Source: Lobosporangium transversale (lineage: Eukaryota). From it: a DNA stretch of 64,000 nt. The notes beneath the pieces were generated by a model. The model searched no databases, was not told where the DNA came from, and saw only the letters and a program-made list of their open reading frames with translations. The translations under genes and the position numbers were made by a program. Within the stretch, counting starts at the first letter, position 1. Each line of letters opens with the position of its first letter. This document shows positions 26,149 to 38,396 of the stretch, piece after piece. The stretch is taken from the NCBI RefSeq assembly GCF_002105155.1, contig NW_019029015.1, forward strand, positions 372,001 to 436,000, in the 5' to 3' direction.

Positions 26149-26920
26149 AGGGATGTTGACGATATTTACTACACAATATTCATCAATCCACTGATAAAGA
26201 AGCATCTATCAATGAATGATTTTCTTCAGCGTTTCATTGCTCAAATGGTTCAGGCTGGCTGCAGAGTTGTTGGACTACCTAATCAGCCCAAGGACCTTAA
26301 GGTTTCTGAATTTCTGAAACAGAGGACAGCCGCCCTACTTCAAGCCAAGTATACAGGGATATCGGAGGCCAAGGTAATTGATTACGAAGAATTACTACGA
26401 CTGGAGACAAGGTCAGACCTTTCTACTGAAGAGTATTACGCAGTACAAAAATTCAGGATTATGGACGCCTACGGCATTGAGGACCCATCTATCCTTACGC
26501 CTGAATGGGTGAAGACCTACAGTAACCCAAAAGAGATGAAGGTCTTTCAGAATCTGCAAGCCTTGAAGAACGACCCAGAGTTGAAGATGACAAAGCAGAG
26601 CGACTCGTATCCTCTCGGGAAAGATCAAGAAAGGAGGGACACTGGCGCCATACTACACAGACTACACCAATCAAAGTATACCAAACTAAAGTAGTATGCA
26701 AAAGACATCCTCTTTGCCTGTGGTTATGACTCTCCATTTGATCTCAAATGTAGAGCATCCACTGCTCTCAAATCAAGCCTGGATGAGCAATGGGAACCGC
26801 TATCGTCAAACATGCGGAATATTTGCACACAACTCCCAATCCCGTACCCATCTCATAGCATATGAACTGTTGCTTTATTTTACTTCTTTCCTTCAATACT
26901 ATATTTGTATTCATCAGTTT
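26149..26920 (+). pseudogene. Decayed fragment resembling the C-terminal region of replication-origin-binding (UL9-like) helicases of large DNA viruses or mobile elements
   Basis: Intronless frame YYTIFINPLIKKHLSMNDFLQRFIAQMVQAGC...LSTEEYYAVQKFRIMDAYG...LTPEWVKTY. It continues in frame past a TAG at 26692-26694 (YAKDILFACGYDSPFD). No helicase motifs are present; the family call is from recalled motifs only. Confidence 0.45.
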
Positions 26921-27199
26921 TAGAACTGGTGATCCCATTAAGTACATATTTCTTCCTTCAATACAAAGCCTTATTCCTACACTGTCCAAAAGGCTGTAAG
27001 AAATATCCATTTTCCACTTTCATTTTCTTGTGCTATTCTCAATATTTCTATGGTTGTGTGATAAGGAAATTTGCAATCATGTCACCACACCATCCTTTGA
27101 TGTCTATTAAAAAAAAATCGTCACAGTTTGCCACCAACTCTAATGCTCTTTCTTGTCTTCTAATCACATTCACTCATCCAACACTCAAAATACAAGGTT

Positions 27200-27605
27200 C
27201 GACAGCAAGCTCTAACTCCACTGCCTTGTAGAGGAGAAGCCTACTCCCATGACCTTCAAAGTCGAAATTGGCGAGAATGAAAATATTGGTTAGTCCAGAA
27301 AATCCATCTGTACGGAGGTCCGCGCTAGCCGCGGCACGGTAAAGGATCTCACCCTTTGGTCTGTCAATGTTGTCTCTTTGCCAACAAAGCTCGTTTGCCT
27401 CAACAAACTGACCGACGAAGAGAAAAGGAACGGAACTGATGACAAGCAACAAAAAAGCAAATCTAGGGAACTCAACCCAACCGTAGAAATATCTAGAGTA
27501 TTCAGAACTATCTCCAGTAAAACCATCCATATTACTGTTCAACCACTCCTGCAAGATATGTCTTCTACATTGATGGTTATGGATTGAACCTATTTCTTAA
27601 TCAAA

Positions 27606-27639
<34 letters not shown>

Positions 27640-28620
27640 TTTCGGGTGATAGTTCACTTTAATCCCATGCTTTGGCCTCATAGATTCATCCACGTCAAAT
27701 AAGAAATAGCATTAAAGGAGCAATCGCTCGTATATCCATTACGTGGTAAACTCTTGATGGATTGATGGTTCGATTTTAGCTTCGAAATTGCCTTTTATTT
27801 GTGCTGAAGATCCATGCGGATTTGCCGTTTAAATCAGGGTTAGTTGGTACGAGAAGCATGTAAGTGGATACCATTAATACTTTCAACTTTCAAGGCTACA
27901 ATCCAGTTTTAGGTTCGGATTTGTGTCTTGTCTCTTGTATTCATTGCAGTCAATGCTTTGCTGAAAAGAATCGAAGAGAATCAAATGCCGGTTATTCATT
28001 TTTGGAGCTTGAAACTCTTTTACAGGATCGATTTCAACAGATTCGAGGCTTGATCTCCTCGTTCACCTCTGATTCTCTGACGAACAAGCTTCTCGGCTAT
28101 AGGATGAATAAGTTTTTTGTGGTCCTTGACGAAGCAAAGACCTTGAGGAGCATGGAAGGGAATGTTTTTGTGTTCTTATGATTATTGATGGGAGTAATAT
28201 GCGGGATATCCTTTCTGAAGGAGCCGTTGGTTTTTTTTGGTAATGTGAAAGGCACCAAGTAAGAGGACGAGCAATCATGCCCGTCTGATAGAGTGGACAA
28301 GCAATGTTGATGGAACAGCAGTAGCGAGCGTAGGAAGACATGCCAAATAAACAATACATTGCAGTGGAATGTGTGTAAACCACATTCTCAGGTACGATAC
28401 TAAATAGTACAAAATGTCAGTTCTCCTGACCTCTGGATTCAAATATTTCAAAGTGGAACTGCTTAACAAACAGGTGTGGATAAAAGCTTCTCTGTTCCGA
28501 GTCGTACTGGAGTTCCTTCCTGGCGATCTGTTTAGATGTTTGTATGGTTGCCGACTAACAAAACTGATCCCCCAATGCAAGTCGTGCCTAATAATTAATC
28601 GACAAGTCTCGGCTTTTTCA
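27200..28620 (+). pseudogene. Heavily decayed Crinkler (CRN)-family pseudogene
   Basis: Frame from 27216 reads LHCLVEEKPTPMTFKVEIGENENIG*SRKSI...KDLTLWSVNV...SKTIHITVQP, a CRN header with stops at 27213 and 27291. The expected donor reads G|ATATGT at 27555/6. Downstream fragments LGSDL, FFVVLDEAK (Walker B-like) and LFRCLYGCR suggest an NTPase remnant. Confidence 0.65.
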
Positions 28621-29024
28621 ATTCGCGCGTTTGGAGAAAGGGAATGATATCGGTATATGAATAAAGTTATTTTAGGACCTCTGTAATTCGTAACTAACAC
28701 TAAAAACATGAACGCGTCACAAAATTCCTGTTTGAGCAGACCGACCAGACAGGAAGGAAAAAATGATGGTTTTTGCATCGATTGCATCTCGCGTCTCTTT
28801 TTTTTTTTTTTTTTTTTTTTTGACCTGCTAATTGTACAACAGCACCCATCACTTAAAGCTCCCTTCTTCATCAAGCCCTTCTTTCCTTTCTCCTTTTTAC
28901 GCTCTGGACTGGATTGAACTGAGCTGATTGACTAGGCACTGCATCCACCGGGTTACTATCGATCGTTCTTCATCATCGGTTTAATTTTCTTTTTCTTTTC
29001 TTCTCACAATCACAGCTGTCAAAG

Positions 29025-32000
29025 ATGCAGATGCTCACAAAGGTATCGAACGCGCTTATGATGTATATATTATACATCCTACCACTTCTATACACCTTTT
29101 TTTTTTTTTTTTTTTCTTTTCTTGTTAACAATGACTTTATGCAGTGTAATTGACAAGTCTATCACTCTATTATTGATACTGTCATTATTATTATATAGTT
29201 CGAGTCGAAAAGCAACCGTGTCAAAGGGATTGCCTTTCATCCAAAACGACCATGGATTCTTGCAGCCTTACATAACGGTTCAATCCAACTTTGGGACTAT
29301 AGGATGGGCACCCTTCTTGAGCGATTTGATGAGCATGATGGTAAGATGGAAGGATAGGCCCATTGACAGACACAGACAATACAGACATTAAGGATCAGAG
29401 TAGAACAGACAGCCCAGATCATCGGATAATGGATAAATAGACAAACAGGCAGCAACGAAGAGTACATGGGATTGTGGAGAGTCTTTTTATGTAATTTTTT
29501 ATTTACCTCATGTTGTATTCTTTATTATATTATTCTGCTGCCATATAACACTTCTATGAAAACAAAAAAAAAAAAAAAAAAAAAAAAGGCCCTGTCCGTG
29601 GAATTTCATTTCACCCTTCTCAACCTTTGTTTGTATCTGCTGGAGATGACTACAAGATCAAGGTCTGGAATTATAAGACGCGACGGTGCCAGTTCACACT
29701 CACGGGTCATCTGGACTATGTACGCACAGTATACTTCCATCACGAATATCCTTGGATCCTCAGTTGCTCGGATGATCAGACGATTCGCATCTGGAATTGG
29801 CAATCCCGTAACTGTATCGCCATCCTGACAGGCCATAACCACTATGTTATGAGTGCACAGTTCCACCCTAAAGAGGATCTGATTGTCTCTGCATCTCTGG
29901 ATCAGACAGTTCGTGTTTGGGACATTTCAGGCAAGTTGTTCTCTTTCGCTTTGTGTGTTTATGTGCGTGGATGTTTTCTTAATGATCATTATTCACTCTT
30001 ATATTTACACCATACATTTTCATTCGCTCTATACATTTTTATTTTTTTTTTTTTTATTTTTTTTTTTTTATTAGGCCTCAGAAAAAAGAATGCCGCTCCT
30101 GGAACTGTTGCATATGATGAGAGTGCGCACCGAGCATCACAGCAGGCTGATATTTTTGGAAGCACTGATGCGGTTGTAAAATATGTTCTTGAAGGTCACG
30201 ATCGCAGTGTCAATTGGGCAACATTCCACCCAACTTTGCCTCTGATTGTCTCTGCTGGTGATGATCGCCAAGTTAAACTTTGGAGAATGAACGGTATTAT
30301 TATTATTATTATTATTATTTTTTTTATATCTTTCTTTCTTTCTTTGGCATCAGGATTGTCACTTTTTATTGAATCTCCTAACTAATCGCAAATTCTTTTT
30401 TTTTAATTTTTTTTTTTTTTTTTTTTTTTTTTATTGCATACATATATATATTTACATCTCAGAAACCAAGGCTTGGGAGGTCGACACTTGTAGAGGACAC
30501 ACCAACAATGTTTCATGCACCATTTTCCATCAGCGCCAAGAGCTCATCATTTCCGTGGCAGAGGACAAATCCATCCGTGTATGGGACATGTCAAAGCGCA
30601 CTGCTGTGCAGACATTTCGTCGAGAGCACGACCGCTTCTGGGCATTGACGGCACATCCTGAACTCAACTTGTTTGCAGCCGGTAAGATGTTTGGCGATAT
30701 TTGTGATGCTATACGGTAGTCCCATTAGGGGCCGGCGGATAAGAATAATATTGCTGACTCGCAGTTTTTTTTTTATTTTTTATTTTTTTTTTCTCTCTTT
30801 CTCTCTTTTTGTATGACATACCTATAAATCAATCCACAGGCCATGACAGCGGCTTGATAGTGTTCAAACTGGAGAGAGAGCGACCTGCTTATGCTATGCA
30901 CCAAACAAACTTGTTCTACATCAAGGACAAATATTTACGTGTCTATGACTATGGCACCTCCCAGGACACAGCAGTGTTGTCGGTGCGTCGCGCTGGATCG
31001 CAATTTGTTCAGCCGAGAGCACTGTCGTACAATCCTGCGGAGCGAGCTGTGCTGATCACATCCACTGCAGATGGAGGTACATATGAACTGTATAACTTGC
31101 CGAAGGACTATGGTGGGGATACGCGTGAGCCGTCCGGTGAGGGCAAGCGAGGATCAGGAAGCTCGGCAATCTTTATTGCACGCAACCGATTCGCAGTACT
31201 TGAGAAGACGACACAGATGATCACGATCCGTGATTTGCAGAACAATAGCACAAAGTCATTCAAGATGCCTAATGTGGTGAACGAGATCTTTTATGCAGGC
31301 ACAGGCCAATTGTTACTGAGCACACCCACATCAGTGATTCTGTACGATATTCAGCAGCGTAGGACAATCTCAGAGGTGACGACACCTCCTGTCAAGTATG
31401 TGGTATGGTCGGCAGACATGGCGTATGTGGCTCTGCTGAGCAAGCACACGATCACGGTTGCAACCAAGTCGTTGGAGCAAACATGCTTGATTCACGAGAC
31501 GATCAGGATCAAGAGCGCCGCATGGGATGACAGCGGCATCTTGATCTACTCGACGTTAAACCACATTAAATACGCGCTTCCTCAAGGGTAAGAATGAAAT
31601 ACTTATATATATTTTATAAAGATAGCAGGAGATGTATTGGATAGCTATATAAGCCAGTGAGGTGATATTAACTATTTTTATTTTTCATATTTTTCATATT
31701 TTCTATTTGTTACACAGTGACAATGGAATCATTCGCACATTGGATCAACCCATCTACCTTACACGGGTCAAAGGCAAGAACGTTTACTGCTTGGATCGAG
31801 ATGGTAAGACATGTACGATCCCCATTGATCCGACTGAGTATCGATTCAAGCAAGCACTAACGAAGCGCAACTATGATGAGGTCCTTCAAATTATCCGCAA
31901 CTCCAACTTGGTGGGGCAATCCATCATTGCATATTTACAAAAGAAGGGATACCCCGAGATTGCACTCCATTTTGTACGTGATGACAAGACGCGGTTCGAA

Positions 32001-34212
32001 CTGGCGCTTGAGTGCGGGAATCTGGAAGTAGGACTGGAGACAGCCAAGACGATCAACAAAGAAGAGAGCTGGAACAAGTTGGCGCAGGAAGCGCTTCGAC
32101 AGGGCAACCATCAGATCGTAGAGATGTGCTATCAGCGCGTCAAAAACTTTGACAGACTTTCATTTCTGTATCTGGTCACTGGAAATACAGACAAGTTGTC
32201 TCGAATGCTCCAGATCGCGGAACTTCGTGGAGATGCCATGTCACGATTCCACAATTCGCTGTTCCTAGGCAATGTCGAGGAGCGTGTGCGCTTGCTGCGC
32301 GAGGTTGGACAAGGTAAAAAAAAAGAGAAAGGGATGGTTTTGAAGTGTAATTCATTCGAATGGCTTATTGTTATTTTTTATTTTTATTTACTTATTTATT
32401 TGTTAACGCCCACTATTTATTTTCATTATAATTCTAGCTCCACTGGCATATTTGACTGCCAAGACACATGGCATGAATGATGTTGCTGATGAGATTCTAG
32501 AAAGTTCTGGATTGACAGCAGAAGATGTTGCAGATTTTCCAAGTCAAGGAACACTGCTGGTTCCACCTCGACCACTGATGCGTATACACGATTTGAACTG
32601 GCCACAGCTTTCAGTGTCACGCAGCTACTTTGAGAGTGTTTTCACAGGAGATATGGAAGGCGTTGCACCACAGGCACTATTTGTAGCTTCGGAGCCAGAG
32701 CCTCAGATAGACCAATGGGGCATGGATGATGAATTTAGCATTCAACCAGTGGAGCAGAAGGGAGCATCTCTGGCACCGATTGGAAATGATGGATTCGATG
32801 CCGATGGTGATGGTGGATGGGATTTAGATGCAGACCTTGCGGCAGAACTGCATGCAGAGACTGGAGCCATTGTTTCTGAGGACAGTGGACTGACGATCCC
32901 TGTTGCTGGACAAAGCGAGGGAGAAATTTGGTGCCAGAACTCTCCATTGGCAGCGGATCATGTAGCAGCAGGAGCATTTGAGTCTGCGATGCAGGTAAGC
33001 GGGTGAAGATGGAAGAAGAAGAAGGGAAGAAGATGTTAAGGTGTTTGCAAGTGAAAGTGTTCGCTAATAGAGGACTGTTATTATTATTATATGAATTCCA
33101 TTGGTGTAGCTTTTGAATCGACAAGTAGGTGCAGTCAACTTTGAGCCGCTCAAGGACCACTTTTTGTCGATTTTCCAGGCCAGCCGTGCGATTATTACTG
33201 GTATTGAAGGCATGCCAGCGATTACACTGCCAGTTCGACGCAATCCCACAGAAAATGATCCAAGGAAAGCATTGCCTGTGCTTGTCAAGAACTTCCAGTC
33301 ATTGATCTCCAAGGAGTTGCAGGATGCATACAAGTTGACAACGTCGAATAAGATCACAGAGGCATGCACGTTGTTCAGGAGTATTCTACACACTCTACTG
33401 TTGACAGTAGTTACCCAAGCGTCAGAGGCTGAAGAGGTATGTGAACATGCTCAGAATAGGCGGCAGGGGTTTGTTTTATGTTTTGTAAACTTGTATTATG
33501 GTGACTTACAGGCAAATATCATGAAATATTGAATTCTGGATTTTTTTTTTTTTTTTAAATTTAGGTATTACAGCTTGTGGGAGTCTGTCGCGAATACATT
33601 CTTGGACTGAGTATTGAACTGAGCCGTCGTGAAGTACAGAATGACGTGTCGGCAGCAGGGGTTAAGAGAATGCTGGAGCTAGCAGCATACTTTACAGCGG
33701 TTCAGCTGCAGCCAAAGCATATGATTATCAGTTTGCGTACAGCGATGACAGCATGTTACAAGCATAAGAATTTACAATCTGCACAGACGTTTGCACGTCG
33801 GCTGTTGGAGCTGGCTCCTCCAGGGCAGGCAGCAACACTTGCACGACAAATCCAGCAAGTTGCGGAACGTAACCCTCGTGACGAGATCCAGTTGGATTAT
33901 GATCAGGTAATTGAAAGAGCGATGGAGTGACTTGGAGAAAAATGAAAGTTTATTATTTTATTAGGTCTAATGTTTGCATTACCTTTTTTTTTTTTTTTTT
34001 TTTTTTTTTTTCCTTCCTTTCCTCTCTCGATCAAGTACAACTCGTTTGTGGTATGTGGTATCTCATACACGCCCATCTACCGTGGCTCGCCCAGCGTACA
34101 GTGCCCTTATTGCCGAGCGCATTTCAAGCCCGAATTCCAAGGCAACTTGTGCACTGTGTGCGATATCTCACAGATTGGTGGCACTGGAACAGGCATGGTG
34201 GTACTTCCTTAG
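29025..34212 (+). CDS. COP1: Coatomer (COPI) subunit alpha
   Basis: Multi-exon. [27 protein letters not shown]40 repeats ([35 protein letters not shown]), [16 protein letters not shown]-terminal [15 protein letters not shown]...CTVC. Confidence 0.97.
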
Positions 34213-35600
34213 ATTTATGAGGGAAAAGAGAACAGAAGGAGGAAGGAGGAAGGAGGAAGAGGGGAGGAACCTCAATTTATATGACTTGGCGACTTTTTTT
34301 TACTTTTTTTTTAATAGTATAACTAGATGACACACACATAAAAGAATATATTTTGCTAGTTTTTTTAAGATTTGACGTTTTCAGATTTGTAGGCGATCCA
34401 CTTCTTTAAAAGAAGTTTTCAATATCATCGTCACTTTGTTGGGTTCAAGGAAGGATTTCCATGCTTGTAAATTCGGTAAATAGTCCCATCAAGCCAACGC
34501 TAAAATGACAATTGCTGGCCTACAGCAAGGTAGAATTAATAGGAAGGGGGCTGTGTTTGAAGCTTTCGAGTAAAAGCGAGTGTGGAGATATTTAGGCATT
34601 TCATTTTGATGGACGGGAGCGTAGGGGGCGGGCGAGGGAGAGAGGGACGCTGCTGAAGAGAAGATAGGCGTGGAGCATGATACTATTGATCGTCAATTCG
34701 AGACGCAGCTTTGGAGATGAAATAGTGCAAGTGTATTTAAGGGATTCACCCGATTTTTATAATAACTAGCTTGTAGCAGATAAAGAGCCATTGTGACGTT
34801 GCTTTTCGAGCCTTCGATATCGACTCTTCCTCTCTTGGCAGAGAACCTAGCATATCAGCATTTTTTGAAAGTTCATTCTTTTCAATATGGCGATAATTTA
34901 TTTTCGTTCGATTAAGACCATCGAGTTGTGTAATGAAAGACAATGAAGTGAAATCATCAAGGAGAGCATCCAAAGAGTTCGAGGCTTCTATCACATCGGA
35001 TCAGAGGGCTTCGAGAAATAGAAGGAAAGATATTCCGTTACCAAGAGCGGGGTTGATCTAAGGTAGTTTCTATAAGGGCTGGAGCGCACCTTGCTCGTCA
35101 ATTGAGGCCGAAAAAGCTACTCTACATCAGGACTAATGGCTCGTGGAATCAACGGAGAGAGTACATATATCTACTTCGAGCATAAAGAAGGATACCAGTA
35201 CGGAAGGCTGGAAGAAGTGTGTGCAGCAGCCAAAGCAGAGCCATAACAAAACACGTACATCTACTGTACACTGAGCTGCAGTTGCTAATTGAACTGTGTG
35301 TTGCAAGAAAGATGTTATACTCGAGCTCTTTGCTTCTGTTTATTATCATTTAGGTGCTTTTCACTCCAAGTATCCGATATCCAGCGATGAAACGTTTTTC
35401 GCCTGCAGTTGTTGAATATATTACCCGACTGCTTTTGGAGTGAAAGTCAATAGAAAATATGCCAGAAAATGCTCAAGATCTCTGTGGACTCATTGGCAAA
35501 GAGCTATCAGGATACCAAGGAAAACAATCCAGAGAGAGGATAAAGCGGAAAAAAAAAAAAAAAAAAAAAATCGATTTATGACATATAGTCAAGATTGGAA

Positions 35601-36863
35601 TCAAATAAGTTCGATTTGACCTCTTTGAAGTAATACACGAACTGTTCGATAGCGGAAGATGTAGATCTGTCCTGTTTCCAGTTCAACCGTCTCATCACTA
35701 AGATATAGTAATCGTAATTAGATAAAAAAAAAGAAGATAAAAAGCAGGACCATAAAAGAGGAAATAAATAAATCCGCCTTTGATATATTACTTACTCTTC
35801 GAGTTGGAAATCGCCTATGTCCTCCATTATTCGACAAAACACTGCTTCATCAAGCCTAGGTTGTGAAACTGAAGATATAGGCATCATTATGAATATTTCT
35901 AGTCCATCACTGATTATTTGCAGAAACAAAGGAGGTACTTGCATACTCATGCTTAGTCCTCTGTCAAACACTGTATCATCCTGGTGTTGAAGTGATGGCG
36001 GTAATGAAGATAAGAAGCTGGAATGATAGTGTTGTCTTGTTACTCGAGAGTAGCTGAATATATATATATATATTTTGTTATGGCATTTGGTTCAGGTGAG
36101 TCCTAGTTCAGTATTTAGTCCATCTGAGCCCTTCCCAGCTTCCATTTTGAATAAACACATGTAGCTCACTTTTCAGCATATATGACTTCTGCTCTCGAGA
36201 GTCGTTCTTTTGAGGATGGATCAGACAAAATATATTCACAAAACCTTTCGATCTTGGGTATTCATCCGCATACAAAAGTTTTCAAAAAAGAAAAAAAAAA
36301 AAAAGTAATGAGTGTTTAGAATCAAACAAGATGAAGAGCGCTGTCACTTCATTTCACGGACTTGTAAGGCTTTCTTTTAGTACCTTCGATATCCTAGTCC
36401 GCAAATAACTCCGCAGAACGAATTTCACTCTCTCCAGCTCCGTCTGATATAATATAGAGATGATCATCGCAGCATCCTTTCCTGAGTCCAGATCATCAAT
36501 GGCTGCAGTCTAGGTATAGTGTTTCACCAAAAAAAAAAAAAAAAAAAAGGGCAGATAGTTCCCTTAACTTGTACTGTTACACAATTAGGGCCTGGGGGAA
36601 AGGGAAGGGAAGAGGGGGAAAAAAACACAAGGTGACATGCATTTACGGACCTGTTCCTCGATCTTTGCCAGTAGACCGTCCACAGTTGCTTGCTCGTATT
36701 GGAGTACATCTGGCGCAGCGCGCTCATTAATCCAAGCCTGTGTTAAATGCTCGACATATTTTGAAGGGTCCACGATAATCCGTTCACGTTCAGGGCCAAT
36801 GTCCCTTGCCGGAGGTACTCTGAAGTCAAGATTGTCGAAAAGAAAGTCGTCTTCTGTTGACAT
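35601..36863 (-). CDS. SLD5: GINS complex subunit Sld5 (GINS4)
   Basis: Multi-exon. LTQAWINERAAPDVLQYE, LYQTELERVKFVLRSYLRTRISK, and terminal GQIYIFRYRTVRVLLQRGQIELI*. Confidence 0.92.
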
Positions 36864-37167
36864 TTTTCAATTTTATGATTTTTTTTTTTTTTAAAAAAAA
36901 AGAAAAAATAAGTCTTTTTTAGTTGCTCTCCAACTGTATTTTGTCTGTTGTAAATTCCTGAATCCTGATGCTCTACTCTGAAGGTAGGAAGGTAGGCGCG
37001 CGATGTATGTGATGGCAAAGCAGCTTTTTGACAAAGAGTTCGCGCGCGCGCCTCTGTTGTTTATTAAAAATATAAATGAATTCGATCCACAGTCACAAAA
37101 GCTAAGGTTTCAAGGTCGCGAAGCATTGAAAGAGAGAAGCTCCATCTCTCTTTCTTCTAACTTTGCC
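36864..37167. promoter_or_regulatory. Bidirectional promoter between SLD5 and DPB4 with clustered CGCG elements
   Basis: 304 bp between divergent ATGs. GGCGCGCGA (36995-37003), TTCGCGCGCGCGC (37039-37051) and TCGCGAA (37116-37122) in an AT-rich background. Confidence 0.6.
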
Positions 37168-37721
37168 ATGTCGACTTCAATTGAGGATAATGAACTGCCC
37201 AGGGCAATCCTGACTCGCATTATGAAGCAAGTGGTATGAACTCTCCTTGTTGCATTTGGAGTCATATTGGCCTTTTTTGTCTTTGTCATTATCAATAATA
37301 TTCTCAGCTTATGTTTTTTTTTTTTTATTTTTTTTTTTATTATATTTATTGAAAAGCTTCCTGAAGGCACAAACATCCAGTCAAATGCCAAATTAGCCAT
37401 GGCAAAGTCTACAACAATGTTCATCAACTACCTAGCATCTGCGTAATGATCGTTCTTTTTTATTTTGATTCTATAACACTGGGCTGTTCAAGGACGTCCC
37501 TCAACTTATGCTCCTTTTATTTTTTATATATATTTCTTATCACGCCCTTCATTAGCGCAAATGAGGAAGCTCTTCGGGCAGGTCATAAAATTATAAGCGC
37601 AGCACACGTTTTAAGAGCCCTCGAACCACTTGATCTTGAGGACATGTTACCCCGATTAGAGGAAGAATTTAAAGGTAAACGATTGAAAGCATTTTTTTTT
37701 TTTTCCTCATTTGGTTCATAG

Positions 37722-37754
<33 letters not shown>

Positions 37755-38268
37755 ATAGCTTTGTTTTAAATCAGGACTCACTCATTTGATCTATGCAATT
37801 CTTATTATTATAGCATATCAATCAATTCAACGATCCAGAAAGAATGGTGCAAAGGCTGCTGCTGCCAAGGATAAAGAGGAATCATTAACATCAAAAAAGA
37901 GAAAATCAACTGAAGAAAAATCCAGCGTAGCAGTAAAAGCCAGGAAATCTTCAACAAACGATAATCCAAGAGGTGGGCAAGATGTTTTATCTGAAAGCGT
38001 AGAAGGAAATGAGGAAGACATGGGAGATGATCAGGATGCAGAGGCCGATGGTGAAGCTGAAGGTGATGATGATAAAGACGATAATGAAGTTGATGAAGCA
38101 GAAGGAGGCGAGGGTGAGGATGATGAAGATGACGAAGATGAAGACGATAATCCTGAGGCAGGCGAAGATCAGGCAGAGGGATCATTGAATATGGAAGAGA
38201 AGGATCAAGAAGACGCAGGAAAGACATCGAATTTGGACGACGACGACGATGATTCCGATGGGTTTTAA
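37168..38268 (+). CDS. DPB4: Histone-fold protein, DNA polymerase epsilon subunit Dpb4/POLE3-like, with acidic tail
   Basis: MSTSIEDNELPRAILTRIMKQV|LPEGTNIQSNAKLAMAKSTTMFINYLASA|ANEEALRAGHKIISAAHVLRAL, followed by a D/E-rich last exon. Confidence 0.85.
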
Positions 38269-38362
38269 AATAATATGTACCACTAATAAATAATATAGCA
38301 TCAATGACAATAGGATTATTTTTTGCTATTGCAAGTTGTTGATGATGTGAATGGCAAATTGG

Positions 38363-38395
<33 letters not shown>

Positions 38396-38396
<1 letters not shown>

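Noticed and set aside
27174..27554. 126-aa minus-strand ORF with a hydrophobic segment
   Set aside because: The plus strand carries recognisable CRN header motifs, so this is the antisense shadow.
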